Shown piece by piece: positions 11,636-21,727 of a DNA stretch of 64,000 nt; the stretch's first letter is position 1; every line of letters starts with the position of its first letter. The DNA is from a bacterium (GTDB lineage: Bacteria; SAR324; NAC60-12). The stretch spans positions 1,216,001 through 1,280,000 of the forward strand of contig OZ242383.1 of the NCBI GenBank assembly GCA_965209155.1, in the 5' to 3' direction. The notes under the pieces are model-generated. The model did not search any database. It was given only the letters and a program-made list of their open reading frames with translations, and was not told where the DNA came from. Both the position numbers and the translations under genes were made by a program.

Positions 11636-12694
11636 TCATTCACGATTTTGTTGAAATATCTTGAAGCGTCCGTAAAAGGTTTCGCTGAACAAAATGACGA
11701 TAAAGATGATACCTTGTAAGACCAATACGGTGGCATCGGGAAGATCTTGCGACCGTTGCAATAAACCACTGCTGCTACGTATTCCTCCCAGTAAAACAGC
11801 CACGGGAATGATAGCAACCGGATTGTGCCGGGAAACGAAGGCAACCAAGATTCCCGTGTAACCGTAGTTGGCATTCAAAGAACTATTGGCGCTTCCATGG
11901 ACTGCTGCCACTTCAACCATCCCCGCCAGTCCGCCAGCGGCTCCTGCAAGAAAACAGACAATCAAAGTCAATCGTCCCACAGGAAGCCCTGTCAACAATG
12001 CGGCTTTCACATTGCCACCCGTGATTCTGGCTGCAAATCCAAAAGTGGTTTTATGCATTAAAAACCAACATAAGAGACAAGCAATGGCACCAAATCCCAA
12101 TCCCCAATGGATGTCGCTTCCCGGGATCAATCCCAGCATGTTTTCTTCTCCTATGGAAGCAGTTGAGGGTTTGTTCAAACTGTGGGGGTCACGAAAAGGA
12201 CCGGAAAACAAATGGCTGGCGACTGCAATCGCGATGTAGTTGAGCAACAAACTACTGATTGTTTCATTCACGCCTCGATAGTGGCGCAACGCTCCACAGA
12301 AGGAGATCCAGATTCCTCCGACTGTCATTCCTGTCAAGGCCATGCCCATTAAAACGATCCATGACGGCTGTCCGATCAGCGCCAATCCCGCCAGAGCAGC
12401 TGCCACCCCCCCTGTGACAAACGCACCTTCTCCTCCGATAACGACAAGTCCCAAATAAGCGGGAAGCGCGGTACATAAGGCAGTCAACATTAAAGGCGCT
12501 GCCCGAATCAGAGTGTTTTGCCAGGAAAACCAAGAACCGAATGCCGCCCTGTAAACGGAATAATAGACTCCCCCCAAATCCGCGTGGATAGCCAGTAAAA
12601 ACAGGCTGAAAATTACCATCGAAACCACCAGTGCCAGAAAAGGGATCACAATGGTTTCAGCTTTTTGTTTCCAGTGGATTTGCGGGAAAGTCAT
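11636..12694 (-). CDS. ABC transporter permease
   Basis: IGGEGAF, GVNETISSLLLNYIA, YGYTGILVAF; start at 12694 overlaps the upstream stop (TGATG). Confidence 0.88.
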   Translation of the reverse strand: MTFPQIHWKQKAETIVIPFLALVVSMVIFSLFLLAIHADLGGVYYSVYRAAFGSWFSWQNTLIRAAPLMLTALCTALPAYLGLVVIGGEGAFVTGGVAAALAGLALIGQPSWIVLMGMALTGMTVGGIWISFCGALRHYRGVNETISSLLLNYIAIAVASHLFSGPFRDPHSLNKPSTASIGEENMLGLIPGSDIHWGLGFGAIACLLCWFLMHKTTFGFAARITGGNVKAALLTGLPVGRLTLIVCFLAGAAGGLAGMVEVAAVHGSANSSLNANYGYTGILVAFVSRHNPVAIIPVAVLLGGIRSSSGLLQRSQDLPDATVLVLQGIIFIVILFSETFYGRFKIFQQNRE

Positions 12695-13827
12695 CAGACC
12701 CCCGTTGTACCCATGACTCCTTCTACCAGCCAATCCATGGATTCCAGCCAAATATCCGATTGTCTGTGTTCTTTGCCGGCAGCAATGACAATATTTCCTT
12801 GATTATCTTTGAGGGGACCCTTGAAAATCGACATGCTTCCAGCGCTCAATTGGGATTGGGCGCTGTCTGCCATTTTCCGGGTTTGTTCGTTAACGGCTGG
12901 ACCATAAGGAGACACTTTGACGATTCCATCATTCAATCCACCTCTCACCCGGTGAGGGATTTTTTCACCATTGTGGATCAAGACGGCATAATCGTGGTAA
13001 ACTTTAGACCAATTCCATTCCGCGCCACTCAGGTAACCTCTGGGTGCCAGTGCGGACTGGTTGGTATGATAACCGCTGCTGAATATTCCCCGATTTTCGC
13101 ATGTTTCTATTACCACCTTGGGACTGTCGACATGGCACGTTACCACGTCGATTCCTTGATCAATCAGGCTGTTCGTCGCTTCGGCTTCACGAACCGGCAA
13201 AGCCCAGTCTCCCGTAAAAATCAGGTGGGTGGTTACGCGTGGATTGACCGTTTGGGCACCCAGGGTGAACGCGTTGACATTTCTGAGCACCAGTGGAATG
13301 GGTTTGGCTGCCACGAATCCCAGTTTGCCCGACTGGCTGGTTCCACCTGCCAAAATCCCTGCAACATACTGCGCTTCATCAATGTAACCAAAATAACTAC
13401 CCACATTGGTCGGATGCGCACCTTCCCGATATAACCCCCCGCAATGCAGAAAAATGACATTGGGATATTTTTTGGCCATCTTCAAAATGTGCGGATCGAA
13501 GTAGCCAAAGGAGGTGGGGAACAAAACTTCCGTTCCGTCCAGATGGATCATGCTTTCCATTGTTTTCTGGACTTCAATACTCTCAGGAACCTTCTCCTCA
13601 TCAACGGCAGTAACCCACGGTAAACGAGATACGGCGCTTTTCCCTTCAAAATGCGATTGATTGTAACCGAAATCATCCCGTGAACCGACGTAAATGAATC
13701 CCATTGAAATTTTTTTTGCGGCCCTGGCTCGAGACACCAGTCCCAGGTTTCCAATCGCAGCGAGGACGCCAGTAGCAGCAATACCTTTGACGACTTGCCG
13801 TCTCGTCAATTCAGTCACTTTTTTCAT
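12694..13827 (-). CDS. BMP family ABC substrate-binding protein with Tat signal
   Basis: TRRQVVK twin-arginine leader; GFIYVGSRDDFGYNQSH, FPTSFGY. Confidence 0.9.
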   Translation of the reverse strand: MKKVTELTRRQVVKGIAATGVLAAIGNLGLVSRARAAKKISMGFIYVGSRDDFGYNQSHFEGKSAVSRLPWVTAVDEEKVPESIEVQKTMESMIHLDGTEVLFPTSFGYFDPHILKMAKKYPNVIFLHCGGLYREGAHPTNVGSYFGYIDEAQYVAGILAGGTSQSGKLGFVAAKPIPLVLRNVNAFTLGAQTVNPRVTTHLIFTGDWALPVREAEATNSLIDQGIDVVTCHVDSPKVVIETCENRGIFSSGYHTNQSALAPRGYLSGAEWNWSKVYHDYAVLIHNGEKIPHRVRGGLNDGIVKVSPYGPAVNEQTRKMADSAQSQLSAGSMSIFKGPLKDNQGNIVIAAGKEHRQSDIWLESMDWLVEGVMGTTGV

Positions 13828-13923
13828 TTATCCTTATCTTTGCGTAATGGTGTCCTTGAGTGGTTTGAAATTAATTGAGGGGTAGTGGAGTTTTTTCTCC
13901 TTTGTCCGATAGCAAATAAATTA

Positions 13924-14442
13924 TCACCTTTGCTCCCAGATTTGCACGTTATGTCCCGGCAAATTAAAAGGAGATTCAGCGTACTCGAGCACAGGCAAGC
14001 CATCAGCACCTGTTTTGAATACGACATGGAGTCGATGCGGTGAAAGACGGGTGTCCACACGCTCGAGAAACTGCAATTCCAAACCATCGTGAGTTGTTAT
14101 TTTCACCTTCGTCCAGAGGAGATCTTCGTCGTCCATGTAGGTGCCATCCGATATAAGAACGCTGTGTGGTGGATCAGGTGGTAACGTGAAACGTTCACCT
14201 AGTGTGGAAACCGAATTCTGATTCGTCTGCGCAACGAGCACCCAAGTCCCTGAAACAGGGACCTCAACACCGTCCTGGTCGACAACCCAAACGTGATCTC
14301 GCTCTTCCTGTGGAGTTCCGGGATTCGCCTGCGCAATCCCAGGCTCTGGTACATGCTGGCTCCGAATGCAGGAGGAAAACCAGGTAAGCAGAGACATAAT
14401 TGTCAAGATGGATACGAGTTTCGAGTTTTTATTGATATGCAT
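13924..14442 (-). CDS. Hypothetical lipoprotein
   Basis: Hydrophobic leader ending FSSC; AAAAAGGA RBS upstream. Confidence 0.55.
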   Translation of the reverse strand: MHINKNSKLVSILTIMSLLTWFSSCIRSQHVPEPGIAQANPGTPQEERDHVWVVDQDGVEVPVSGTWVLVAQTNQNSVSTLGERFTLPPDPPHSVLISDGTYMDDEDLLWTKVKITTHDGLELQFLERVDTRLSPHRLHVVFKTGADGLPVLEYAESPFNLPGHNVQIWEQR

Positions 14443-14739
14443 TATGTATCCCTTTTTCAGATAAACGACATGGCGTGAGCTATGACCTTTTCAGTGGATT
14501 ACAGCAGATTTACCTGTGAGTTTTACCATACTCACAAATTTCCTGAAATTCAAAAATTCTGAATTACTACGTTTTTTTAATTTTTTACGAATCCCGCATT
14601 TTTTTGCATTTGGGGGTTGACATAGCGTTATTAGTTATTATGTGCTACGCTGATGCCGCGTGGGTATCCACGCAGCGCCGACGGCTATGGATTCATTGTA
14701 TTATTCTCTGCTTCCATTCGTTTATTGCTCTAAAAATTC

Positions 14740-15312
14740 ATGCTGGATACATACCGGACACTTAATATCCTGAAAGTTCATAAAAGCGAAATTTTTCTGT
14801 TATTACTACTGGGAGGATTGCTGTTTTACATATACACGGCCTTCAAGGATGATTCGATTACCCCCTCCCTCGAGGAGCCCGACTACCTTTTGAAATTCGA
14901 TGGAATTGAAATCGACGATTATTGGATGAACAAAAAACGTTGGAAATTGCTCGCTAAGCATGCCTCTGTCGCAAAAGACAATGAAATCATATTCTTAAGC
15001 GATATTCAAATCTTTGTTTATGATTTGCAAAACCCAGGGACATCTGACATCGATATTACAGTCACTGCGAATGAAGGAAGCATAAATTGGAGTAAAGAAG
15101 TGGTTACGCTTAACTCTGAGGTTGAAATATTCCGTCAATCAGAATTGCGGATCAATACGGAAAAGGCTGTTTATCATTACAATGAGGGTAAAGTAGATCT
15201 TCCGCAACCCGTGGAAATTCACTATTTGGAGGACCTGGTAAAAGGTGAACGACTCACCTACAACATTCATCAAAACAAAATTGAACTTCACAATGCAATC
15301 TTGTTGGAATGA
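14740..15312 (+). CDS. LptC-like LPS export periplasmic protein
   Basis: Single N-terminal TM then beta-jellyroll-like pattern (KRWKLLAKHA, VTANEG, LRINTEKAVY). Confidence 0.6.
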   Translation: MLDTYRTLNILKVHKSEIFLLLLLGGLLFYIYTAFKDDSITPSLEEPDYLLKFDGIEIDDYWMNKKRWKLLAKHASVAKDNEIIFLSDIQIFVYDLQNPGTSDIDITVTANEGSINWSKEVVTLNSEVEIFRQSELRINTEKAVYHYNEGKVDLPQPVEIHYLEDLVKGERLTYNIHQNKIELHNAILLE

Positions 15313-15498
15313 GAACAAAGACTTTTTCTTCCGGCAACACCCAACTGGGCGCGATGATCGCTCATGACGCGGGGCGCAAGCCGGATCCTTTAACCGAACA
15401 ATTTTCCCAACCATGCCATTATGCAGAACAACCCGGCCCGGTTGCCGGCCGCAAATTTCGTGGACCCGATGGAAAAAAAAGAGACTGCTCGATGAGGA

Positions 15499-15753
15499 CT
15501 AATTTCGTCTTAGTGTTTCTTGGATGGTTTGCTTAGCCGACTGGGGCAATTGGATGGTTTCGTCTGTTTCAATGGTATGCGTGAGTTGGTGTACCATCTG
15601 ATTCAGTAATTGAATTTGTTTGCTGAATTCTTTACACGTATCGCAGACAAAAAGATGCATTTGCAAAAGAATTCGTTGATACCAGGGCAACTTCGTATCC
15701 AATGACTCCGATACCAATTGTGCTATTTTTTCACAATCTGGTCCAATCATCAT
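15499..15753 (-). CDS. zf-HC2 (anti-sigma-type zinc finger) small protein
   Basis: C...SESLD...HLFVCDTC (HxxxCxxC). Confidence 0.8.
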   Translation of the reverse strand: MMIGPDCEKIAQLVSESLDTKLPWYQRILLQMHLFVCDTCKEFSKQIQLLNQMVHQLTHTIETDETIQLPQSAKQTIQETLRRN

Positions 15754-15897
15754 GGGTCTGCTCCCAAAGTTGAAGAAGCGTAAAAATCTTCATTTTTTTC
15801 TCTGTTATATTCGAACTGCCCGGTAGTCGTACCTGCCTTTAAAATCTTACTGCTTCCCTTTTATAAGGTGCATTGAAAATCATTGCCAAAAAAGCGA

Positions 15898-16392
15898 TTA
15901 TAAATTCCGGATAATCAGGGAGGTTATCGCTTGAGGAGACAAATTCTTTGTTTCAACAATTTGATCCGCCTGTTCATAGGTTGGAGTACGATGTTGAAGC
16001 AACAAGTGAATTCGCTCCTCCGGATTTTCGATTTGCAGCAGAGGTCGATGAAGCGTATTTTTAACCCGTTCTATGATGTCATCAACGGTCGTTTTTAAAT
16101 AAATAATCGTTCCTATTCTTTTCATTAAATCCAAATTTCCCTCTGTCATCACAACGCCACCTCCCGTCGCAACAACCGTATTTTGTACCTGTGAGAGCTT
16201 CTTGAGCAAATTAGTTTCCAAACGCCTGAAAAATTCCTCTCCTTGTTGAATGAATATTTCAGAGATACTGCAATTTTGCTCATTTTCAATTTGTTCATCC
16301 ATATCGATAAACTGATATCCAAGCCTCATGGCTAGTTGACGACCAATTGTTGTCTTACCTCCCCCCATCATGCCAACGAGCAAGAGATTCAT
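15898..16392 (-). CDS. aroK: Shikimate kinase
   Basis: LVGMMGGGKTTIG, GEEFFRRLE, ATGGG, RPLL. Confidence 0.95.
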   Translation of the reverse strand: MNLLLVGMMGGGKTTIGRQLAMRLGYQFIDMDEQIENEQNCSISEIFIQQGEEFFRRLETNLLKKLSQVQNTVVATGGGVVMTEGNLDLMKRIGTIIYLKTTVDDIIERVKNTLHRPLLQIENPEERIHLLLQHRTPTYEQADQIVETKNLSPQAITSLIIRNL

Positions 16393-17483
16393 CTTCTCTC
16401 CGGTGCCAGACAGCGGTCAATCCAGCCACCACCCAACAAGACTTCATCTTGATAAAATACGGCAGCTTGCCCTGGAGAAGCGGAATGTTGAGGTAAATCG
16501 AGAATGACTTGAACCGTATCGTCTCCCCCGGGCCTTATTGTAGCTCCCACTCCTCGGTGGGTATAACGCAGTTTCACCGTTGCCGATATCGGTTCCCGAA
16601 TTGGATCCAAGGATAACCAATTCACATCGGAAACCTGGATCGACTTCACCAGCGATTCTTGCAGTTTTCCCAAAACAACCTGGTTGCTGTCTTTAAGAAG
16701 CTGGATTACATAATAGGGATCGCTGCCACTGATTTGCAATCCCCGGCGTTGCCCCACTGTATAGTAGGGAATGCCTTTATGGCGCCCTAAAATTTTTCCT
16801 GAAGTAGAAACAAAATCACCTGGTTCGGGCAATGAGTTCATTTGCTTGCTTATGAAATCCCGATAGTTTCGAGGTACAAAGCAAATTTCCTGGCTGTCCG
16901 GCTTGTGCGCAGAAACCAATTCATATTGCACCGCAATTTGACGGACTTCGGGTTTGCTGTAATCTGCCAGGGGAAAGAGCAGTCTTGGTAGTTCCGCGTT
17001 AGGGGTTCCATACAAAAAATAAGTTTGATCCTTCTGTCGATCCCGCGGTTTCGTGATTTGCCATATTCCCGTAATGGGATCTTTGCCAACACGAGCATAG
17101 TGTCCCGTAGCTAAATAATCACAACCCAATTCGTCTGCTTTTTCCAACAAATAGCGAGTCTTGATTATTTTGTTGCACATCACGCAAGGATTGGGGGTCC
17201 TCCCATCAAGGTATTCTTGCACGAAATAATCAATCACATTTTCTTTAAATTCATCTTGAAAATCAAGGACATAAAAAGGCACACCCAAGCGACTGCAGAC
17301 GGCCCGCGCATCCAATGAATCGTTGAGAGAGCAACAACTCTTATCCTGGCGTTCTTCCGGTGGCGCGTCGTGCAGTTTCATGTGGATCCCAAGGACCTCG
17401 TAGCCTTGTTTTTGTAATAATACCACTGCAACAGAAGAATCGACTCCGCCGCTCATAGCCACTGCCACACGTTTATTCTTCAT
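16389..17483 (-). CDS. mnmA: tRNA 2-thiouridine(34) synthase
   Basis: AMSGGVDSS, TPNPCVMCN, ATGHYA, KDQTYFL, DSQEICF, YTVGQRRGL, PGQAAVFY. Confidence 0.97.
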   Translation of the reverse strand: MKNKRVAVAMSGGVDSSVAVVLLQKQGYEVLGIHMKLHDAPPEERQDKSCCSLNDSLDARAVCSRLGVPFYVLDFQDEFKENVIDYFVQEYLDGRTPNPCVMCNKIIKTRYLLEKADELGCDYLATGHYARVGKDPITGIWQITKPRDRQKDQTYFLYGTPNAELPRLLFPLADYSKPEVRQIAVQYELVSAHKPDSQEICFVPRNYRDFISKQMNSLPEPGDFVSTSGKILGRHKGIPYYTVGQRRGLQISGSDPYYVIQLLKDSNQVVLGKLQESLVKSIQVSDVNWLSLDPIREPISATVKLRYTHRGVGATIRPGGDDTVQVILDLPQHSASPGQAAVFYQDEVLLGGGWIDRCLAPERR

Positions 17484-17623
17484 AACATAACAAGATTTGG
17501 AGAAAAATATTATACGGTGAGTAATTTACAACAATAGGAGAGAATATTTATTAAGTGTCCTTTGCTTCTTTTTAATCTTCTGATAAATTCAATGTGTTTG
17601 ATTTATAGTCGCGATTGCATTTG

Positions 17624-18091
17624 TCAATATCGCAACTCTACGGATTGAACATACTCATGCATGTAGGTGGTTTTCAATGCGTCCAATGAAAATTCCTCAC
17701 CCAATTCACCGTCCTGTTTCTCATAAAAAGAAACAATGGCTTTTTGCAATAAGATTAAGGCTTCATTGTCCGGATATACGGCAATCGCTCCTGTATAGAT
17801 GGCATCCACAGATTCCGCAGCTATTTCAGAACAGGTAATGGATTTCAAGTTAGGTATCGACAAGAGTTCTTCTAAAGACGTCGTTGCGGAAAGCTTGCTT
17901 TGCGTGCGATTGAAATGATGACAGCGTCCCTGATGGTCCAAAAAACAGTAAAGTTCCGTTGTCAAATCTTTATAAAAATGATCTACTTCGTTGATTCGAT
18001 AACAACGAGAAACGGCTTGGATCCAGTAAAAGTGACCGCTATGGAGGGTATTTACCACTTTCAATCCAATCTCTTTTGAAAAATTCATCAC
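17624..18091 (-). CDS. Hypothetical protein
   Basis: 155-aa ORF with AAGGAG RBS; no motif recognised. Confidence 0.55.
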   Translation of the reverse strand: MMNFSKEIGLKVVNTLHSGHFYWIQAVSRCYRINEVDHFYKDLTTELYCFLDHQGRCHHFNRTQSKLSATTSLEELLSIPNLKSITCSEIAAESVDAIYTGAIAVYPDNEALILLQKAIVSFYEKQDGELGEEFSLDALKTTYMHEYVQSVELRY

Positions 18092-18413
18092 TTCTCCTTA
18101 AAAAAGATTCTACAACTCCACGAAAGACCCTACTCGAAACTCAGATCTTAATGAACGACTGGATGCTCATTTTTAATGAGAATCGGCATTACAAAGTTTC
18201 TGTTAAACACAGTTCCGATTCAAATGCCAAACGCCTGAACCGGCGTATTTGAAAGTAAACGGGATTGTTTATAGCAAGTAGGTACGGCAAAATCAAATTT
18301 CGAGGTCATATCTCGACAGGTAAAATCACCTTCACCGGACAATGAATCAGCAACCCCCCACCCTTATTTTATCGAAAATATCCAAATCCATTTTCAAATT
18401 TCCGGGAATTGGC

Positions 18414-19928
18414 ATGAAATTGACACGCAATAGATTTTTCTCTCTGTTTTTTATTATTACAGCCGTAGTCGTCAATGGAGGCTGTAACCTGGAGAGAGTA
18501 GAACCGATAGCGGCAACGAATAGTTGCACCTTGGCAGATTCTCCAGAACAACTTTCGACAGCAACTATTCCCATTTCCATTCCCGTGTCGAGCATCGGCC
18601 CCTTGCTGGATGAAATCACTTCCAGGCGTTGGAACCTGGACCATTGTTGCCTGGAGTGGAGCTTATCATTGCTGGGCGGAGAATTCAAGTTGAACGGCTA
18701 TGCGGAACGATCCGAGCTTGAATTCAGAGGAAGCAGCAACAAATTGACGATGGTGACTCGCGTTAGAGGAAAAGTAGATCTTCGACATCGTGGCAACGGA
18801 GCATCAGGAAATTCAAAATGGACGAATCCAATCAGTATTGGATTCGAAGGAAATATCGAGGGAACATCTCAGCTAAAGATTGAGGAAAATTGGCAGCTCG
18901 CCTTGCCCGATTTGAATATACGTACCGATTTAATAAAAATCGGCCCATTTTGGGGCCTTAACCTGGCAGATTTCAAAGTCGTCAAGGATTGGATTGAAGA
19001 ACAAGTGGCACAAAGACTCGAGAAGGATTTCAAAGCTCAAATCACAGAATTGGGATTTGTTAAGAAAGTATCCAAAAAGTGGTGGCAAAATCTTTGTGGG
19101 ACTCTTCCAATTGAAACGGATCTCATGGCCACCGGAATTCCATTGCATTTGGAAGTCAAACCAATAGCCGTGCGGGTGACACAGCCTCAGGTAAGTGAAA
19201 CCGACATGCAATTGAATTTGGGACTCGTATTCAATATGCGGGTAGTCGAGCAACCAACAAATCCCCAATGCATTTTTCCCGAACAACTCGATCTGACAGA
19301 TGTTGGTCCTCCTGCTCTGCAATTGGAACTGCCTGTTGAGATTCGATACGAAACACTCAACCAAATTCTGGGATCGAAGAAATTTCTTACCGTATTGAAT
19401 GATGAACTGGGTAAAAATAAGGCTGGTGAGAAAGTTGCGAACAATTCTTCCGGTGCCATCGAGGATCTTCGTGTCAGTCCCCAGAAGACGAAGTTATTGC
19501 TTGAAGCCGAGATTAACACGCAAATCGGTGGAGCGGATATGAATCTTTTTCTTAGCGGGAAACCCTACTTGCAGTCTCATGAGCAAAGAATTGTGCTGAA
19601 CGACGTCGAAATCGATACTGCTTCCAAACACGCCTTAGTGATGGCATATGGCGAGTTATTTGTTGAGTCTTCGATCAAAAAACTGTTGGGCGCGCTCAAT
19701 GGGAGGGTGATTTTCGACCTGAAGCCATTGATGGAGAAAAACCGTCAGTTGGCAAATGCTGCTCTGGATGCTTGGGAAAAGAACTTGCAGGTCAGCAATC
19801 AATCCAAAGAACGCTTTCATATCGAAAGCCAATTAGAGGAACTTCGTCTCTCCCGGCTGGAAATATGTCCAACACGTCTTCTTTTAGGGGTGTCGGCAAC
19901 TGGCAAGGCGGTCGCTGTGATCAAATAA
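18414..19928 (+). CDS. DUF4403-like exported/lipoprotein
   Basis: Signal peptide ending NGGC; STATIPISIP start and LELPVEIRY second lobe resemble DUF4403. Start may be 18342. Confidence 0.6.
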   Translation: MKLTRNRFFSLFFIITAVVVNGGCNLERVEPIAATNSCTLADSPEQLSTATIPISIPVSSIGPLLDEITSRRWNLDHCCLEWSLSLLGGEFKLNGYAERSELEFRGSSNKLTMVTRVRGKVDLRHRGNGASGNSKWTNPISIGFEGNIEGTSQLKIEENWQLALPDLNIRTDLIKIGPFWGLNLADFKVVKDWIEEQVAQRLEKDFKAQITELGFVKKVSKKWWQNLCGTLPIETDLMATGIPLHLEVKPIAVRVTQPQVSETDMQLNLGLVFNMRVVEQPTNPQCIFPEQLDLTDVGPPALQLELPVEIRYETLNQILGSKKFLTVLNDELGKNKAGEKVANNSSGAIEDLRVSPQKTKLLLEAEINTQIGGADMNLFLSGKPYLQSHEQRIVLNDVEIDTASKHALVMAYGELFVESSIKKLLGALNGRVIFDLKPLMEKNRQLANAALDAWEKNLQVSNQSKERFHIESQLEELRLSRLEICPTRLLLGVSATGKAVAVIK

Positions 19929-19945
19929 CCCGAGTTCGAGATAAG
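19926..19945 (+). repeat. Left copy of 20-bp inverted repeat TAACCCGAGTTCGAGATAAG
   Basis: Exact reverse complement at 37254-37273; variants at 21676, 27824 and 35881-35900. Confidence 0.85.
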
Positions 19946-20178
19946 GAATTAAATGATTTGAATGAGGGGCGGCATTTACGGTTGCCAGGTATAAACAATT
20001 AAGCCAGCCAGTAAATCAGCCATAAAGTTTTTGACGCTGCGATGTCCGGAATGCTCAATTTGTGAAATATTTTTCAGTGGGTCGTTGATGGTTTCAATAA
20101 TGAAGCGTTTTCTCAACAAGAGGCGATCTAGTTGCCCCGAGCGGCTAATCCCGCGAAGCGGCGATGGCGCTGAATACG

Positions 20179-20340
20179 ACCATCCAAAAACGGCTCAAAC
20201 TCCCTGGCGCTTGTTGGAAAAAACAACATGCCGATCAGATGATTCAACTCAGGGTGGCAAGAGCCAATGGAAAATGGGATTGTTATTGGCAACAACTACA
20301 AAGAGCTTAATGAGATGCCCCTCACTTTTAATTACACCCC
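20179..20340 (+). pseudogene. 3' fragment and right end of an ISKra4/ISLre2-like transposase
   Basis: Reads [37 protein letters not shown] (stop 20308-20310), then a CACTTTTAATTACACCCC terminus. Confidence 0.65.
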
Positions 20341-20373
20341 TTAAAAGTATATAATTCACTTTCAAAAAATGTA

Positions 20374-20401
20374 TTTACAATAATATTTCAAAGTATATAA
20401 T
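20374..20401 (+). promoter_or_regulatory. Putative sigma70 promoter upstream of the hairpin/NYN unit
   Basis: TTTACA (20374-79), 16-nt spacer, TATAAT (20396-401); AT-rich context raises the chance of a spurious match. Confidence 0.55.
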
Positions 20402-20415
20402 AAAATTATAAAAAC

Positions 20416-20512
20416 GCCCTTGGCTTCCACATATCTATTTTTGAATGCCTTTTTTGAAATCTTTCAATTGGCATCAACTTTATAGCGGATATGTCGACCC
20501 AAGGGCTTTTTT
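20416..20512 (+). ncRNA. Putative structured leader/small RNA: ~91-nt rod-like hairpin plus U-tract
   Basis: GCCCTTGG/CCAAGGGC, ACATATC/GATATGT, CTAT/ATAG, TTGAATGCC/GGCATCAA and TTGAA/TTCAA nested pairings, then TTTTTT. Confidence 0.6.
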
Positions 20513-20541
20513 GTGAAAAATAATTTAAATAAATCATTTAT

Positions 20542-21225
20542 ATGAAAAATTTTAATTCAAAAAGAATTGCTATCCTAATCGATGGATCTTTTTTTTTAAA
20601 AAGATATCGGATTGTCACTCCTGGTGGTCGATTCCATCAACCAAAATTAATTGTCGAGAATTTATATAAAATGGCAATGAAACATGCCAAGAATTATGAA
20701 CTTTATCGGATTTTATTCTATGATTGTATGCCACTTAAGAAAAGAGATCATAATCCTTTAAATGGTAAAGCAATTAATTATTCAAAAACACAACAATATA
20801 AGAATCGTATTGAAATTTTTGAAGAATTAAGGAAACGAAGGAAAGTGGCATTAAGACTGGGTGAAATTAAATATTTTTCTGAATGGAATATACATCATCA
20901 AAAAATAAAACCTCTTTTAAAAGGTGAAATTTCTATAAAAGATTTACAGGAAAGAGATATAATACCCAAAATGAAACAAACAGGTATTGATATTAAAATT
21001 GGATTAGATATAGCTTCAATTGCTTATAAGAAATTATCTGATCAAATTGTACTTATCTCAGGAGATAGTGATTTTGTACCAGCAGCGAAATTAGCAAGAC
21101 GAGAAGGTATGGATTTTATTCTCGATCCTATGTGGAGCCCTATTCGTCAGGATTTATATGAACATATAGATGGACTTAAATCTCATTGTCGAAATCCTAA
21201 TCCACATAAAAATCAGACTATATGA
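20542..21225 (+). CDS. NYN domain (LabA/DUF88, PIN-like) ribonuclease
   Basis: ILIDGSFF, KQTGIDIKIGLD, LISGDSDFVPAAKLARREG with acidic active-site residues intact; very AT-rich. Confidence 0.9.
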   Translation: MKNFNSKRIAILIDGSFFLKRYRIVTPGGRFHQPKLIVENLYKMAMKHAKNYELYRILFYDCMPLKKRDHNPLNGKAINYSKTQQYKNRIEIFEELRKRRKVALRLGEIKYFSEWNIHHQKIKPLLKGEISIKDLQERDIIPKMKQTGIDIKIGLDIASIAYKKLSDQIVLISGDSDFVPAAKLARREGMDFILDPMWSPIRQDLYEHIDGLKSHCRNPNPHKNQTI

Positions 21226-21727
21226 GATAAAACTAATTCATGGAAAATCTCAAAGCGATTCTAATTTTGACTGAAGCTCTCTTACCGTCCGCGAGACGGA
21301 AGATTTAGACCATTTATGAGACATTGAACGGGGGTCTGGCTTGAAAGTTTGGAAAATTAGTTTTATTTTTTTCTTCAAATCGATTTGACTTTCCTTCTCA
21401 TTGGTTTCTGAAGAAGGCTCGTCAACCACGCCTTTACTATCCTGGTGCGCTTTAGCATGTGATGCTTCTGGCAATGGAGGGCAATCCATTTTTTTCTGTC
21501 CCCCCGACTATCGACCTTTTTATCACTTGCTCCCAGAAGCTTCCCAACGCTTTGATCATCGGATTCACGCCTTTTGTATAATGATCAATCAAACATGTCC
21601 CTCCCTGTTCTCCTCCTCTTTCAGGACGGATCATTCATCAAGTGGCTCGAGTTTATCAACTACCGGAGCAGGAATTAACCCGAGTTCGACATAAATCTTC
21701 AATAATAGGAGTATCCTGGCGTATATG

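Noticed and set aside
14617..14690. TTGACA plus downstream hairpin as promoter or riboswitch for lptC
   Set aside because: The best -10 match is only 13 nt away and the hairpin matches no riboswitch I recognise.
20120..20180. GC-rich segment GCCCCGAGCGGCTAATCCCGCGAAGCGGCGATGGCGCTGAATACGA as part of a diversity-generating retroelement
   Set aside because: Only a vague resemblance; no template/variable repeat pair or DGR RT in the window, and it is cut by an IS fragment.
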